NCBI GenBank assembly: GCA_024704765.1
Contig: JAKMXF010000328.1
Location: 119,864 to 183,863 of the forward strand
Reading direction: 5' to 3'
Source of the DNA: Oopsacas minuta
Taxonomy: Eukaryota; Animalia; Porifera
Length of the DNA: 64,000 bases
Part shown: positions 1-13,086 of the stretch, piece by piece
Position numbering within the stretch: the stretch's first letter is position 1
Layout of the letters: each line of letters opens with the position of its first letter
The notes under the pieces: model-generated
What the model saw: only the letters and a program-made list of their open reading frames with translations
Databases searched by the model: none
What the model was told of the DNA's origin: nothing
Made by a program: the position numbers and the translations under genes

Positions 1-284
1 CTTTATGCATTGTGTCCTACAGTTTGGATACATTACTGACTTTCATTACAATTCCACTCTGATTATCCATAAGACAGATCGGCTTTCCTTTCTCTTCTAT
101 GAAAAGTACTGTAATATCCACTCTTGTTTAAAAGTTCTACCTTCATCAGTAACTTACCTATTCTTTACGGGCCCTGATGCCATTCTTTAAGAAATATGTA
201 AGAAAAAAGACTAATAATAATAATAATAAATAAGAATTACTTTCATTTTTCTGGAATGAATCCCTGTTGTATACCTAGAATTAC

Positions 285-338
285 GGACATGCCTCATTTA
301 CGGAACTTTCCGTTCCGTTCCGTAAATTAGGTATGTCC
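285..338. repeat. 54-bp palindrome (minimal MITE relic)
   Basis: 22-bp arms GGACATGCCTCATTTACGGAAC / GTTCCGTAAATTAGGTATGTCC (2 mismatches) around a 10-nt spacer. The termini resemble the CGGACAT-ended element at ~7097-7515. Confidence 0.6.
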
Positions 339-425
339 AGAATTGCCATCATATTGCTAATAAGAAATCCCTGCTGATAACATCCTATTCTTGTAGGATT
401 TCAAATTTTTAAAGAATGACAAATA

Positions 426-1770
426 CAGGGTGTCTCAAAATTACTGCGGTGTTGTAAAATACTCAATAACTTTAGAATTAATACACTTTGATAAAGTTCT
501 ATTTGCCAATATATTCCCCTGACAATTCTATACATTTCTGAACGCGCATTGGCATCCCTAAGTACAATCTTTCTATAATATCAGGGTCGATTGATGCCCA
601 AGCATTTTTTAGCATCTTTTCCAAATCATTAACGTTGACAGCAGGCTTCATCTTGTCAATCCTATCTTGAACGATTGACCAAATATTCTCAATTGGGTTG
701 AGATCCGGAGAGTTGCCTGGCCACTTCTGTTTCTCCCAGAACCCAGGTAAGTTCTGTCTGCACCAGTCTTGAGTCATTCTAGCTGTATGAGCCGGAGCTC
801 CATCCTGCATAGATATCGCTTTGGACATGTCTGGTATCATTTTCCTTTCTAAGATCCCTCTATTTTCATCTGTTCTACGCAACGCTTGAATACATGGCCC
901 TTCTAGAATCTCATCTACATAATATTTCGCATTAATTGTCTCTTTTTGAGGCAATATATGGAGTTTAGAAAGCGCTTGATAGCTCACCATACCCCAAACC
1001 ATCACTTTTGCGGGAAATTTAACAGTTTGGCGGGGAGTTACTTGTGTACCGTCTCTTGCCCATATTCGATCGTTCTGTGGATTCGATGGGTGAAATAACT
1101 CATAGGGAGATTCGTCTGACCAGAGTACACGTTTCCAATCATCCACTGTCCAATTCACCTTATCCATACAGAAGCTTAGTCTGTTTTTCTTATGAAATTC
1201 TGTTAGTAAGGGGGTTTTTGGTCTTTTATAAGGGTGAACTTTAAATCCTTGAGCAAATATCGGTATGCAGTGTCCTTTGAAACTGTATTTCCCATGTTTG
1301 TAAGTTTCTTAGCCCTAGATCTTGTCGACTTGTGTCTCTTGCCCAATGATTTCGCAATAACAATCTTTGAGACTCTGGATAACATTTTCGGACGTCCAGC
1401 ACCCCTCTTATGTTGTAGGCTTTTATGTGCTTTATGTTTGTACCACCATCTTTGTATGGTTGAAACATCTTTTCCAAGAGAGAGAGCAACGGTCTTTTGT
1501 GTTTTTCCACTAAGCAGCATTCCAATGGCCCTGTTACGGACTTCAACTTTCTCCAAACGCATATTCATCTGCTAATAATTCGCCAATACTCTAAGCTAAA
1601 CTCAAAATTCCAAAAATAACTACAACCATCTATGGTATAATGCATATTAATAGTTACTAAGGTTGGCTTATAAAATTCGCACTAGTAAATTGAACCTGTA
1701 TCCGATTACACTCTTCTTATTTCATTATAGTTGATCTAATACAGCACCGGAATAATTTTGAGACACCCTG
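426..1770 (-). mobile_element. Tc1/mariner-superfamily element, DD37E type, frameshifted transposase
   Basis: TA TSDs at 424-425 and 1771-1772. ~31-bp TIR CAGGGTGTCTCAAAATTA(C/T)T(G/C)CGGTG(T/C)TGTA. HTH ORF 1203-1568 and DDE ORF 499-1167 (WSDES, QDGAPAH, 37 residues, PDLNPIE). Confidence 0.93.
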
Positions 1771-2059
1771 TAGTATAATATTACTAAAATGACAAATAAT
1801 ATCAATCTGGATCCATTAGCATAAATGTAGATTTTTGAATCCAGATTGTTATCATTTGTCCCTACCATTATTTATCATTTACATATTAATCGAGTTTTAA
1901 TAGGATGTTTCTTCAAAATTTGAATTCAAAATGGGGTGTTATTAGCAATATGATCAGAATTATGAGGGTCCATTGTACATATTACTCATTCTCATTTTGA
2001 GCCCCTGCTGGCCACTAAGGTGGATTGTGGGCTGCAAGTTGGCCACGCGTGCTCTATAT

Positions 2060-2380
2060 GGTAATATTCAGGTTACATAACTATGAAATCCTTGATGCGA
2101 TATTTGACGTTCCATTCCACAGCTCATCAAAGATTGGGCCGTATTCTCCAAATAATGCTTGCTAAGCATAGAAATTGGTACATTTTGATAATTTTTTGCT
2201 TTGTTAGTTTCGTGACATGATCTTCTACATATCTGTAATATATTTACTTAGGTATAAAATACATTTTGTACGATATGAAACCATTCTGTATACTAATATA
2301 ATTCACAGTACACTACATATCCCTAGTCCAAAAATTCGAGGTTGATGGTAGGCCTTATATAGGGAAGGCTATGGTTCAGC
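2060..2380. repeat. Dispersed ~300-bp repeat family (other copies at ~22290-22610 inverted and ~22870-23130 direct; terminal motif also at ~2950-3010, ~29200-29250, ~36260-36320)
   Basis: Shared string gatgcgatatttgacgttcc...cacagctcatcaaagattggg...tacttaggtataaaa...atatccctagtcc, aligned by eye. Confidence 0.75.
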
Positions 2381-3296
2381 ATATGCATTTCTCACTGTGA
2401 TATGACATTGTCACGTCTGGTAATTTTCGCGGCCGTGCCTCTCGTGGTATTAATATTCCAAGCTTGTACAATCAATACTATGAATTAGTATTTTTTGCTA
2501 ATTCATCATCACCAAATTGGGTTGAAATGTACATATTATAGTAATATAGATTTTTCTGAACAATTTATTAATCATAGGTTCATCAATATGGTTCCTAGTT
2601 GACAGGATATTCCGTATTTAGTGTTTGATGAGTTAATAGCACAAAATTATGGAATTGACCATTTTTGTGTGTGATTACGCCTTTTTGCCAAAATTAGGGC
2701 GGACTGTGAGTTTTTGAACCTTGAAATTGTCATTTTTTAATTCAGCACCCAAAGATTGTGTTAGATGCCAATTTTAGTTCCTAAAACTACAGAATCGACC
2801 ATATTCTTTCGTCATTCAATTTCAGCCTATGCATTTTCACTGTCGTTGTCTTTGTCACGTCGGGTAATTTAGTATACCGTGGTCTATCCTAGGCCTGCAT
2901 ATTTCAAACACAGCGGTTAATGATGTTTTAAATGGAATCCTTACCATCGGGTAACCCATCCCTGGTCCAAAATCCATATTGTACTGTTAAGCCTTATGTA
3001 GAGTAGGTTATGATACTTCTTATTAATTCTAGTTTTTTGAATTTAGTATCTTTTCATATGACAACATATTTGCACATACGATAACTAGTTTTCGGGTTTG
3101 GCATTTAAATCATACAGGCTTCATTAGATCTCAGAAAGACGTGCCTCCTTTGACTCAATCAATAGTACATAGTAACCGAAGTGCTTCAAATCCGAATATT
3201 CCTCCTGAACAATTTTTCAAGAATAGAAATCCGTTTAAGTGAAATGTAGTAGCCATGCTCAAGTGCTCAACTGTACTATTGTTTCTAATTACAGTG

Positions 3297-5063
3297 CACA
3301 GTGGCTCTAAATGGCTATCCGTAGGCTTTAGGGTCTTGGGTACATTTAAAGTGCATAAAATGTAGTTTGTTTCTATGGGTTATTGCATATAACTAGTTGA
3401 TTGAGAGGAAAAATATTTTTGGTATGGCTTCTATTTTTTGAGTTATGATGACGTAATCACAATTTGCAGAAAACATATAAACCAGCGTAAATCTATTTAG
3501 GTTGGAGTTAGGGTTATATAATATATTATTTACTAATGGATTAATCGCTATTTAAAGCAGATTGAACTGATTGAGCATTGTATATGGCTTTTGTTTTTCT
3601 TATGATGACGTAAGCAAATTTTATAGTTACTTTCTGGAAATATCTGTGTTATTCGAGTTATTTAGATATGTGTTCACACTAAATTTATCTACCAAGGGAT
3701 AAAGTGTTTAGATTATCAACCAACGTTCATTTTGCTGTATTATTACTGCAATAGCAATTTTATCGAAGAAAAGAATATAATTGAAATTTTAAATTTGTCA
3801 GTAACATGACCGTTTTGCGTGTTCTTAATAACCAACGGTTAATTTTTCCTTAAATTTTATTTTACTATTGTAGTCTTACTGCGCTCCCAATGTTTCGTCC
3901 TGTAATGGACTGCTCAGTTGTCTCGCCTTTTCCGCAATACACATCAGATGGATCAGTGTTAATTAACGTTTACTCCTTTGCGAGTCGCTTTTCCATTATC
4001 TGGGCTCTCCATAATTGGATTGCGTAGCCTGAATAGCTTCGGACAGAGGTCCCACAAAGTTCGATGTACCTGCCTTTGAGCGCTTCGAAAACTATTTGTA
4101 TGGAAGTTGAAGAATGAAGGCGAGACGTTACTCAAATATTTAACGAATTAAATAATATGTCTTAATCGTTAGTCTGGTGAAGCAAATTTGTGCTTTTCAG
4201 CCTGCCTGTATGTCCGATTCCTCTACATTGCTTACACTCAAGGACATTACTAAACCTATCAGAACTGGACTGATATTACGCTTACTGGCAGTATCACGTC
4301 AAGAAATTCAATTCGTTGATTCTTCTCCGAATTTAGGAGAATTCGCCATCTGAAAGATCAAATATCTGTATGAGGGAATCGACAACTGTTCTGATTGATG
4401 GTTGAGATAGAAAAAATCAAGTGCATCATGGTTGTTCATTTAGAATTTGAAATAATTGCTAGAAATTTCGTAGATAAAGTAGTTTATTATGAATTGCTTG
4501 AATTCTGAAATTCTTAAATTAACTGGTCGCTCATTTTAAAATGCTTGGTGTTCATTTGGAGGATGTTGTGGGAGGCCGGATTTAGTTCAAATTATAGATA
4601 ATATTTTAACAAATCACCCTAAAACTTGAAATTACCTGGCCATAACTAGCCACTGTGAGTTTGAGGTGTAATTAGACCAAGGTAATATGTGTCCAGACAC
4701 ATTATGTAACGTCAAAATTATCTGAACCATGGAGGAAATATTCAAAGTGAAATGCTTAGCTCTTATCATAATTGTGAAGAGTATATTCTGGACCAATAAT
4801 AGGTTAAAACTTTGAGCTGTCATTCTCATGAGTATCTTTTGATAGCGAGAATTATATGCCTATGTATAAATATATAATAGAGGTGAATAATGAATTCAAT
4901 TATAGCTATCCACTAAGAATGACATTTGATTAAAAAGTAATAGGAAATTTTTCAAGAAAATTATGATTCCCAGGTTTCAGACTATGCTGAATTTAATGAT
5001 AAATTTTCGAAAGCTTATGGGATGATGAAAAGTTGCCCTAAAGCCTATGTTGAAACCACTGTG
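3297..5063. mobile_element. Non-autonomous Transib-like DNA transposon
   Basis: Termini CACAGTGG...CCACTGTG, and both ends carry TAGGCTTTAGGG internally. The 5-bp flanks CAGTG / TGGTG are reconcilable as a CGGTG TSD after CpG decay. No intact ORF. Confidence 0.6.
3887..3951 (-). ncRNA. Degenerate type III hammerhead ribozyme
   Basis: Minus strand GUGU-A / UUG..CAA / CUGAGCA / GUCC-AUUACA-GGAC / GAAA-CAU. Homologous to the 17071-17138 motif, but the core reads CUGAGCA (G8 to C). Confidence 0.7.
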
Positions 5064-5101
5064 TGGTGTTTGTTATCTATTTATCCCTATTTTTTATTTA
5101 G

Positions 5102-5431
5102 TTGACTTCAATTTCCTGGCATCCTACTGCTGAGAATATTATTGCTTCCGTATGTCATGACTTCACTGTTATTTTTTGGAGGATTGATACTGGAAAGATG
5201 ATATTTACTGCCCAACACACAGATTATATCTTTTCTTTTGCTTGGAATTTCGATGGTAGTTTATTTGCGACTGCTTGTAAAGATAAGTTCATTCGTTGCT
5301 GGGATGCTCATAAGCGAAAGCAATTATGGGAAACCCAAGGTCTCAAGGGAACTATGGGTTCGAAATTGTGTTTTAGTGGCTCTTTAAACTACGTCATTTC
5401 GACTGGATTCTCTAGAGATCGACTAAGAGAG
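5102..5431 (+). CDS. coro: Coronin, internal exon (WD40 repeats)
   Basis: Acceptor ...ttttatttag|TTG and donor GAG|gttggt, both phase 0. Translates LTSISWHPTAENIIAS...FAWNFDGSLFATACKDKFIRCWD...STGFSRDRLRE, matching coronin motifs (WHPTA-N, ATxCKDK, TGFSR). Confidence 0.9.
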
Positions 5432-7096
5432 GTTGGTTCCATATCTTCTTATCCATCTATTACTTAGTCATTGTATATGTAGCCCATTTTCACAATTTTG
5501 ATTATTTTCATGTTCACAATCTTCATTAACCACTTATCAACAAAATTCCTTTCTGAATGAAGAGGAGCTGGTAGGATCAATTTTATATTTTTATCTTTAA
5601 TAGTGTCCTAAAATTTTGGAAATTTGAAAATTTGTATTGGTACTATTCATATTTCGAATTTCCAATCATAGGAGGGGGTCATGGTTAAGATTGTCGTTCA
5701 ATGTGTTCTAAGTTGTCACCAAATTCAATTTGTCCACAGGTAAATCTATTCAATTGAACATTATTCCTATATTCGAGATTATGCATAACTTCTTCTACAT
5801 ACTTTACTCCTTATAGACTTTCTATTTCGTCATAAACCGCTGATTCTAACTCCTCATTGCTTGAAATGATCTCCCATTAATGTTTAGGGAACAGCTATTA
5901 CTCATAGTGAGCTATGTAGATAGAATATTGCAGCTGTGGTAGAGTAGAGGTTCTATTCTCTTTAGCATTCTCTCTTGTCAGTACTTGTGTGTGTTCTGGT
6001 GCATTATCATTGTGTAATTTCATTCCTTAATGTCGGTTTTAGGATGCTGAGTTTAATCTCTTCGAATGAAACCTTAAGACATACTTCTCACTTCTGTTAC
6101 CGTTTACCTGTTACTAATAGGCCAAATTTCAGTCTGATTACTATTAGCGAGCTTCGCTTGCTAGGTCGCTGCGACCACTTACTGCCTTATGTTTAGCTTA
6201 AGTATTAATTTAACAGCTAAATTCTTTATCCTTTTGGTCACTACTTCGCAGTGACACGGTAGGTGGAAATTTGTGGGAAAATGTATTTGAATTGCTTCGA
6301 AAATGAATTCTCCTTGCTTGAGTTACCCAGAAATCATATATCTAAACTGCAAATAGTACACTAGTTTATAAAATAATGTAGCGTATTGCGTTAATCTTTT
6401 ATCATGTCACATACTTAATCTTTTTTGTCAGATTAATTATACGCGCCACATGCAACATACCCTCTTAGCTTTTGGTTATTGCTCAGGTGACTAAGGGAAA
6501 AGTGATAGTGGTATATCCAAAGAATATATTGTCTAGAAGCAAATCGATAACTCTCACTTCGTTCAGATTAAGAAGAAATTTGTAAAATTGACCATCGAAA
6601 GGAGAGAATATTCCAGAAATACCAACTTGAAGGCATGGTTCGAATCATTGTTTTCTCTCTCTCTGGTGTTTCAGATTTGAGGCGAGACTTACATGATCCT
6701 GAAGCGAGTGCCCTTCCTAACCAGTCTAAAGTTACTTTCGAACAAGATGTCAAACATGTGCCTTTTAAATATATTGATGACTTGACAACTAAGTGTTTGA
6801 ATATTTAATTGGTTTCATTAATGTCATCTCAAAACGGTAGCTGAAAATCTCCTAAAACCATTACTGCTCACTTATTACTATTGTGTTCACAAAAGGAACA
6901 CGAATTCAAAAGTTTGTAATGCATGTGTCAGGATTGTTCGATCCATGTTTGACTCTAAAGTGCCCAGATATTTAGTTGAGTTGAAGTGCAAATTACGAGC
7001 TATATACCGCTCCCTTTACACGAATCCATGTTTTCATGGAAGGATTCCGAATAAACAGAATTGTTCATTTTATACTTTTTTAGTATAAACTGTAAT

Positions 7097-7515
7097 CGGA
7101 CATATCATTGCGGACGTTTTGTCGCCGGACATTTAGTCTCAGACACTTTGTCTCTAGTTTGTACCTGAGATACATACTTACCTTAGTTTAGTGGAAGGCT
7201 TGCTCATGGTTGTTGTCAGATATCTAACAACCTCAAGTTGCTGGATTCAGTATTTGGAATCGATAAACATACATGCTGAATTGCATCATGATCGTTTCTT
7301 TTTGGCTATTGCTCATTATTGGTCATCACTGGACCAAGTATCTCCTGCCTGCACCATTTTTGTTGGTCATATCTGGTCCCATATAGAGCGTTACAGGACC
7401 TTAATTTCTGCTGCCCAATTTCCCTGCTAAGAATGACCAAGCGACTAATTTTCCAGATGATTAAATGTCCGGCTACGAAAGTCTCCCTCACGAAATGTCC
7501 TACTACGATATGTCC
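7097..7515. mobile_element. MITE-like element with CGGACATATC termini and subterminal (c)ggaca/tgtcc repeats
   Basis: The left end cggacatatc...cggacgttttgtc...cggacattt mirrors the right end aaatgtccgg...aaatgtcc...gatatgtccg. Confidence 0.55.
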
Positions 7516-7706
7516 GCCGGGATAGTATATGCATACTATTCTGGTAGATTTTCAAAGATGTTTTAAATCTCATCGGCATTTAATGATGACATTGCTTTTC
7601 AATTTTCCCATTATGTTTTTGGAATGTAACACTTAATATCGTTGACTTTTTCTAATGTATTTTTAATTTATTTTTAATCTGTGTGATAATTATCTATTTT
7701 TCACTA

Positions 7707-9008
7707 CGAGGGGCGCTCGAAAAGTTTTGCCGTTTGGTATGAAACCATTAATCTGTCGGATATTTTTCCGCATCCATCTTTTCAGACATATTTTATTAAC
7801 CTACTTTGAAACTTTCATTCATTTATCTCTTCTACTTTCATAAATTAGATAATTTTAGTATACATGGCTTTTAAAATTTCTCAATCTTAATCAGATCACA
7901 AAACGTGATATTCGAGCAATGATTTTGATCTTATTCAAACTACAGAAGACAAGAGTAGAAATCTATGAATCTTTACAGGAACATTTCCCGGATCTAGCTC
8001 CTTCTCTAAGTACAGTTGAACGATGGTACAGGGAATTTATTCACGGAAACTTTGTTCTTGAAGATGCCCCCTTGTTCAGGAAGACTGAATATTTCACATA
8101 ATGAAGAAAATGTTAACGAAATGCTAGATCTAATTACTAAAGATACACTTAATACATACGCTCAGTTTATGAAACCGAGTTATCATCGGGACAATTAATA
8201 TCATTTGCACAAAGAGCTTTGTGTCAGGAAGTTGTGTGTCCGATGGATCCCCCATTCTTTGAACTTACAGCAAAAAATATCCCGCATAGGCTTTTGCAAA
8301 ATTATGCTCAAAAGGTTTGCTAATGGAATTCAAGAGCTGTATCTGGGATCCTTACAGGTGATGAAACATGGATATACAATTATGATCCAGAAACAAAGCG
8401 AATGTCAAATGAGTGGGTTGAAGAAATGCCCCACCTCCAACCAAAGTGCGGAGGGCTAGATCTGTTGGGAAACAAATGTGGGCGATTTTTTTCAGATCTA
8501 GTAGGTTTGTCGAAGCTGTTGCTCTCGAGGATAGAAAGACTGTTACCGCCGGCTGGTACACTACAGTGTGCCTACCCAAAGTCATTACAGCAATTGAGTC
8601 ACAGCGGAAGAAGACAGGCATTAGAGGAATTCTTCTTCATCATGATAATGCATCATCGCATTCAGCAATCAGAACTCCTGAGTTTTTGGAAAATTCTGGA
8701 CTCAAAACATTACCTCACCCGCCGTACAGTCCTGATTTAGCCCCTTGCGACTTCTGGTTGTTTCCTAGACTCAAAGATCAATTGCATGGGAGGAAAATTT
8801 CGACTAATGAGGAGTTGAGAGGGGCACTTTTTTCCAAGCGATCGGAGACATACCCATAGAAGAGTGGAAAAAATGTTTTGATAATTGTTTACCAGAATGA
8901 AAAAATGTATAGATTGTCAGGGAGATTTTTTTGATAAAACGTAGTAGTCAATTTTATTATTGCTATCTGATATGTCGGTCAACGTCAAAACTTTTCGAGT
9001 GCCCTTCG
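7707..9008 (+). mobile_element. Mariner (DD34D) element, pseudogenised transposase
   Basis: TA TSDs at 7705-7706 and 9009-9010. 28-bp TIR CGA(G/A)GGGC(G/A)CTCGAAAAGTTTTG(C/A)CGTT. Fragments WIPHSL, TGDETW-like, HHDNASSH-34-YSPDLAPCDFWLF across frameshifted ORFs 7919-8859. Confidence 0.92.
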
Positions 9009-10317
9009 TATTTACTTTAGTATGAGTATATTCATAGCATTGTGTACACTAATGCAATGGTTGTAAAAGAAAGCTTTGGGACTGGGGCTTTTAGATAATG
9101 CAATATTCAAATGTCGAGATTCTATTTTTGCGATATAATTGTTCATTCATTTAGTGGCGAAGTGTGCCGTTATTCTGTTGGGCAAAAAAACGTTCTATAT
9201 CAGGATCTATGAGCGCTGTAAACTTCAGTAAAATCCATTACCGAACCCATATCAAGAAGTATCGTTTGGATTACATTTGGCCTCGAGGGTTTACATTTTA
9301 ATTGTCCCTTTTAGTTATTATGTTGGAGCTCAGAGAATATTTGGTGGTGGGAGCTGGGCCCCAGTTAAACATTCGCAGGTGTATTTCCCCGACTACATGT
9401 ATTGTTGATTTTTTACAATACACATCCAATTTTACACACTAAATTTTTCTGAGACTTTATTTACAATTGAGGACTATATTTTTTATGTATTTATTGTATT
9501 ATTCAGAAACAATTACTTCTTGGAGGAAGTTTTGATTTTTCCAGATATTTAGCTCTCATTTGCCCATTATATTGAACTAATTTTTCACGATTTTTCAATA
9601 ATGGCATTTTAGTTATTATTTATCCAAACTTCGATTTATAGTAGTATGAGGCGTCAGAGAAAATCCGCGATCTCCTTATTCCTCTTGACACTTCTTTATT
9701 GCTCGTTCTGCGATTACTCAGTCCCTGTTCACAGAGTTATTGATATATTGGAAACGGTTACAATTAACCCACAAGTAGATCATACACTCTATACAAACGA
9801 GGCAATAATCACTCAGTTAGGGGGTTGCTTGCAATTTTTAGCTACACTAACTTTTCAGTAATTGTCATTCATTTATTATATTCATTTATCTATAATCAGA
9901 CAATTGGTTGCGTAAATAGAACTTGCGAAATCATTTTACGCCTTCATCACATATTATATCACCGTGTAATCATCGTGTAATATTTTAACTTGAATATTGA
10001 TGACTAGATGTTTTGTTAGAATTTCAGCAAATTCTAGAAGTATTCGAATTGGGATTTAGAATTCTTTTGACTAATGGCAATTATGAAAATCTCAAATACG
10101 TACATTATTATTCTTCATTTGACTAATCTTTGAAATATCCACTGATTACCCTTATTGAGGGTCATTTTTGGTTCCAGAATTTTCACTTAATTGAGGACGG
10201 CATCCATGTAACTTCCATTTTAATATCTATTCAGATGTTCTGTTGCGAAATATTTATTCCGGTGGGACCAAATGTATCATTGTTTTTGGTCAGGCCTGAC
10301 AAAATACTTCAGGCCAA

Positions 10318-11293
10318 TTCGGTCCGGCAGGACTTAATATTTCAGAGATTTTTGTTCTGGCGTTGTGAAAATTTCAGCTAACCAAATTGTTTACTGTTTT
10401 TTGGTCCGTAAACACTAAAGTATTTGGTTTGTTTTTAGTTGGACCTCCTGTCCAACTCCTCTGTACTCCATGATGTATAAAATTGTATATAGCTATACTA
10501 ATTCTACTAAAACACACAAATTCGGATTTATAAACGAATTTATATTATGAATCGAAACTGCCATGCATTTAATTTTCAGCTTATCCATGGGCACATGAGC
10601 CAATTTAGCCTACCTTTGAGAATAGAATGCGTGACATCTCCCTGGTTTTCATGGATAAATATCTCTTGATTGACATGGCGTGTGACCTGCAATGAATGGA
10701 AATGCATTGTGATTAAGAATGTGGAATGCGTAGAAAATGAAAGGCCGTATTATGAAGATTAGCATCTATTTCATAAGATTCTTACTACCTATATTACTGA
10801 AACCAGAGATGTTACCTTAGATTCTTCTGTGCTGGGATTCATACAAGGGGATGGGAAACGAGGATTCCCCTTAAAATTCCATGTAGATGATTACTGTGAG
10901 CATTGTCCAATATCAATAATAACTTATTTCTGAAAATGTACGGTGTAAGATTTATCGCAACTAATAGAATTACTCAGAACTGACTTTCATTCACCACCAC
11001 TGCCTTAGTGATAAAATTCCACTGTCCATCTTGTATATGTAGATGCAAAATAGATAATAAATTACTTAAGTAACTCTTTGTTAACTCAAGTTCCAATCCA
11101 TATACTAACTGGATATATATATCATTACAAATCCGAATTTGTCTGTCTTAGTACCATTTAGTATACCTATATACAATTTTTCATAACATGGAAAACAGAG
11201 GGGTTGGAGAGGAGGTCTAACTAAATAGCAAACCAAATACTTCAGTGTTTTACGGACCAAAAATATTGATATCTTTGGTCTGTCGGACCGAAC
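10318..11293. repeat. Imperfect inverted-repeat pair (10318-10450 vs 11205-11293), probable foldback/MITE relic
   Basis: ggtccgtaaacactaaagtatttggtttg...ggacctcc at ~10395-10448 is the reverse complement of ~11205-11262. ttcggtccg / cggaccgaa occur at the outer edges. Confidence 0.5.
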
Positions 11294-11299
11294 TTTTTT

Positions 11300-12460
11300 C
11301 ACACAGTTGTTATGAATATCGCTTAATTCTTCTTGCAATTCTAGTGAAACTTCATCAATGTCCATGCTGAGTGGTTCAATAATCAAATCAGGTGTTTTAA
11401 GTTCGAGCAAATCTGTAAATGTTTTAAATAACTTTAGCTCCCCAATATAGGCGCTAACAACGGTTTTGCATTTTACTAGACTGAACATATTCTGTTTTAG
11501 TTGCACGTTCATTGCGTAAACTTCTCATCTAAGTCAGTCAAGTAAGCGATCAGATTTTGTTGCCACAACAAGCTGTATTAACTTCAGATTGTCTTCTTGT
11601 AAGAATTCCACATTTTTGTCAAATAGGCTGTAAAACCAGTAGGGACATTTTCTTTTTGAAAACCATCTCACTTCGGCGTCTAGAAGCAGACGTTAGAATT
11701 CCATTTCCTTGGTATGACAGAGTTTGACAGAAATATTCTGTCCTTGAGTACAAAACACTGAATTTTATTGGACGATGTGTAAAGAGTTGTGTAAACGAAG
11801 ACTAAAGTGTTTTGCTACTAAATGTTCTCTATGAGCGACGCAGCACACTGCGAAGACTTCAGTTAAAGCATTTTTCAAGTATGAAATAAGTACGCGATGT
11901 CGGCCGACCATGTCAGGAGCCCCATCGGTGGCGCACCCAATATGCTACACAAGTGTATTTCTTTTTCTTGCAAGTAATTATCCACCATATTGAAATTGGA
12001 TTCACCTTTTGTATCAGTTATAAGAAGTCTAGCATAGAACATTTCTTCAACCAAATTATCTTCCTGAATAAAGCTGACATATGCTAAGAACAGTGCTTCG
12101 TTATCTGGCATGGTGTATTCATCGATTTGAAGCGAAAGTTCCACCGTATTAAGAAATTCGCAGATTGTTTTTCGATCCCATTAGCCATCAAATTTATTCG
12201 CTTCGTCACAGTCTCATTACTTAATGGAATTAACTTTTTCAGACTATGGTCGTCCAGATGCATGATAGTAATAACTGCTTTCTGGATAGCAGGCAGGATA
12301 AGTTGTTCTTTATGGTATGTTGCTCTCCAGCTTTAGCAATTAGTAGTGAAATGATATACGATGTAATCATGCCATCATAGTTGTGAGTCCACTTTTCGGA
12401 AAATGCTGCCCATGGTTTTGCGATTCATTCTCAAGTTAATTACCAATTCAACATCTCTAT
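11300..12460 (-). pseudogene. hAT Buster/SPIN-type transposase relic
   Basis: Frameshifted fragments SLSNETVTKRI, SLQIDE, EEMFYARLL-TDTKGE, CVAHREHLVAK, LLLDAEVRW, MNVQLKQ, typical of Buster-family (ZBED5/SCAND3-like) transposases. TIRs not found. Confidence 0.8.
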
Positions 12461-13086
12461 CTGTCTTGTCACTGTTACGCGATTTCAAATTATCGATCAT
12501 TATCGATGGCTTCATTCCTTAATTAGAAAAACTTGTTCGCAAACGAGGACAATGGGGGTTATTCATTGCTTGGAGACTTAATAAAGCCATATTATATATA
12601 ATCCGCTTTATATTGTCTACATTTTTTACTCTTCATTTTCTGTGAATGAGTATTTAATAGTTTGTATTTGGTTTCGAATATACTTATTCATATTAGTCAT
12701 GATTCTGGAAGAAAATCACATGGCCATTGTACATTTTCTTCAGAATATTACACAAGAATTACAAAATAATTATTAACCAGCACAGTCTATAGATAATGTC
12801 AAATAACAAGACACTCTACAATTGTAGGGGAGTGTCCTCAACATACACTGCCACCTCGATTATTCGAATTTTGATTACCCTAACGCTACAATTATCAGAA
12901 TTTGGTCCCAGGTCCCAGTTCCTATTCCACTATGTATATACTAGCTTGATTATCGGACATTTGATTAATCGGAAGGTTTTGACAGGTACCAACTAGTTTG
13001 TGTAATCTTTTAATACTAAAGCAAGAACAAGGCTCGAAGACTTGTGAATAAATATTTATCACAACTTTCTAGATGGACATTTTGAA

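Noticed and set aside
3128-3242. Exon-like frame after an AG (SQKDVPPLTQ...KNRNPFK*)
   Set aside because: Short, with no recognisable homology and no partner exon. It cannot be tied to coronin or any other gene without transcripts.
9646-9861. 71-aa ORF with a signal-peptide-like start
   Set aside because: No homology or splice context. Chance ORF length in AT-rich DNA.
10600-10960. Minus-strand LILDNAH ... AGHT traces suggesting a DDE transposase
   Set aside because: Too decayed to assign a family or boundaries by eye.
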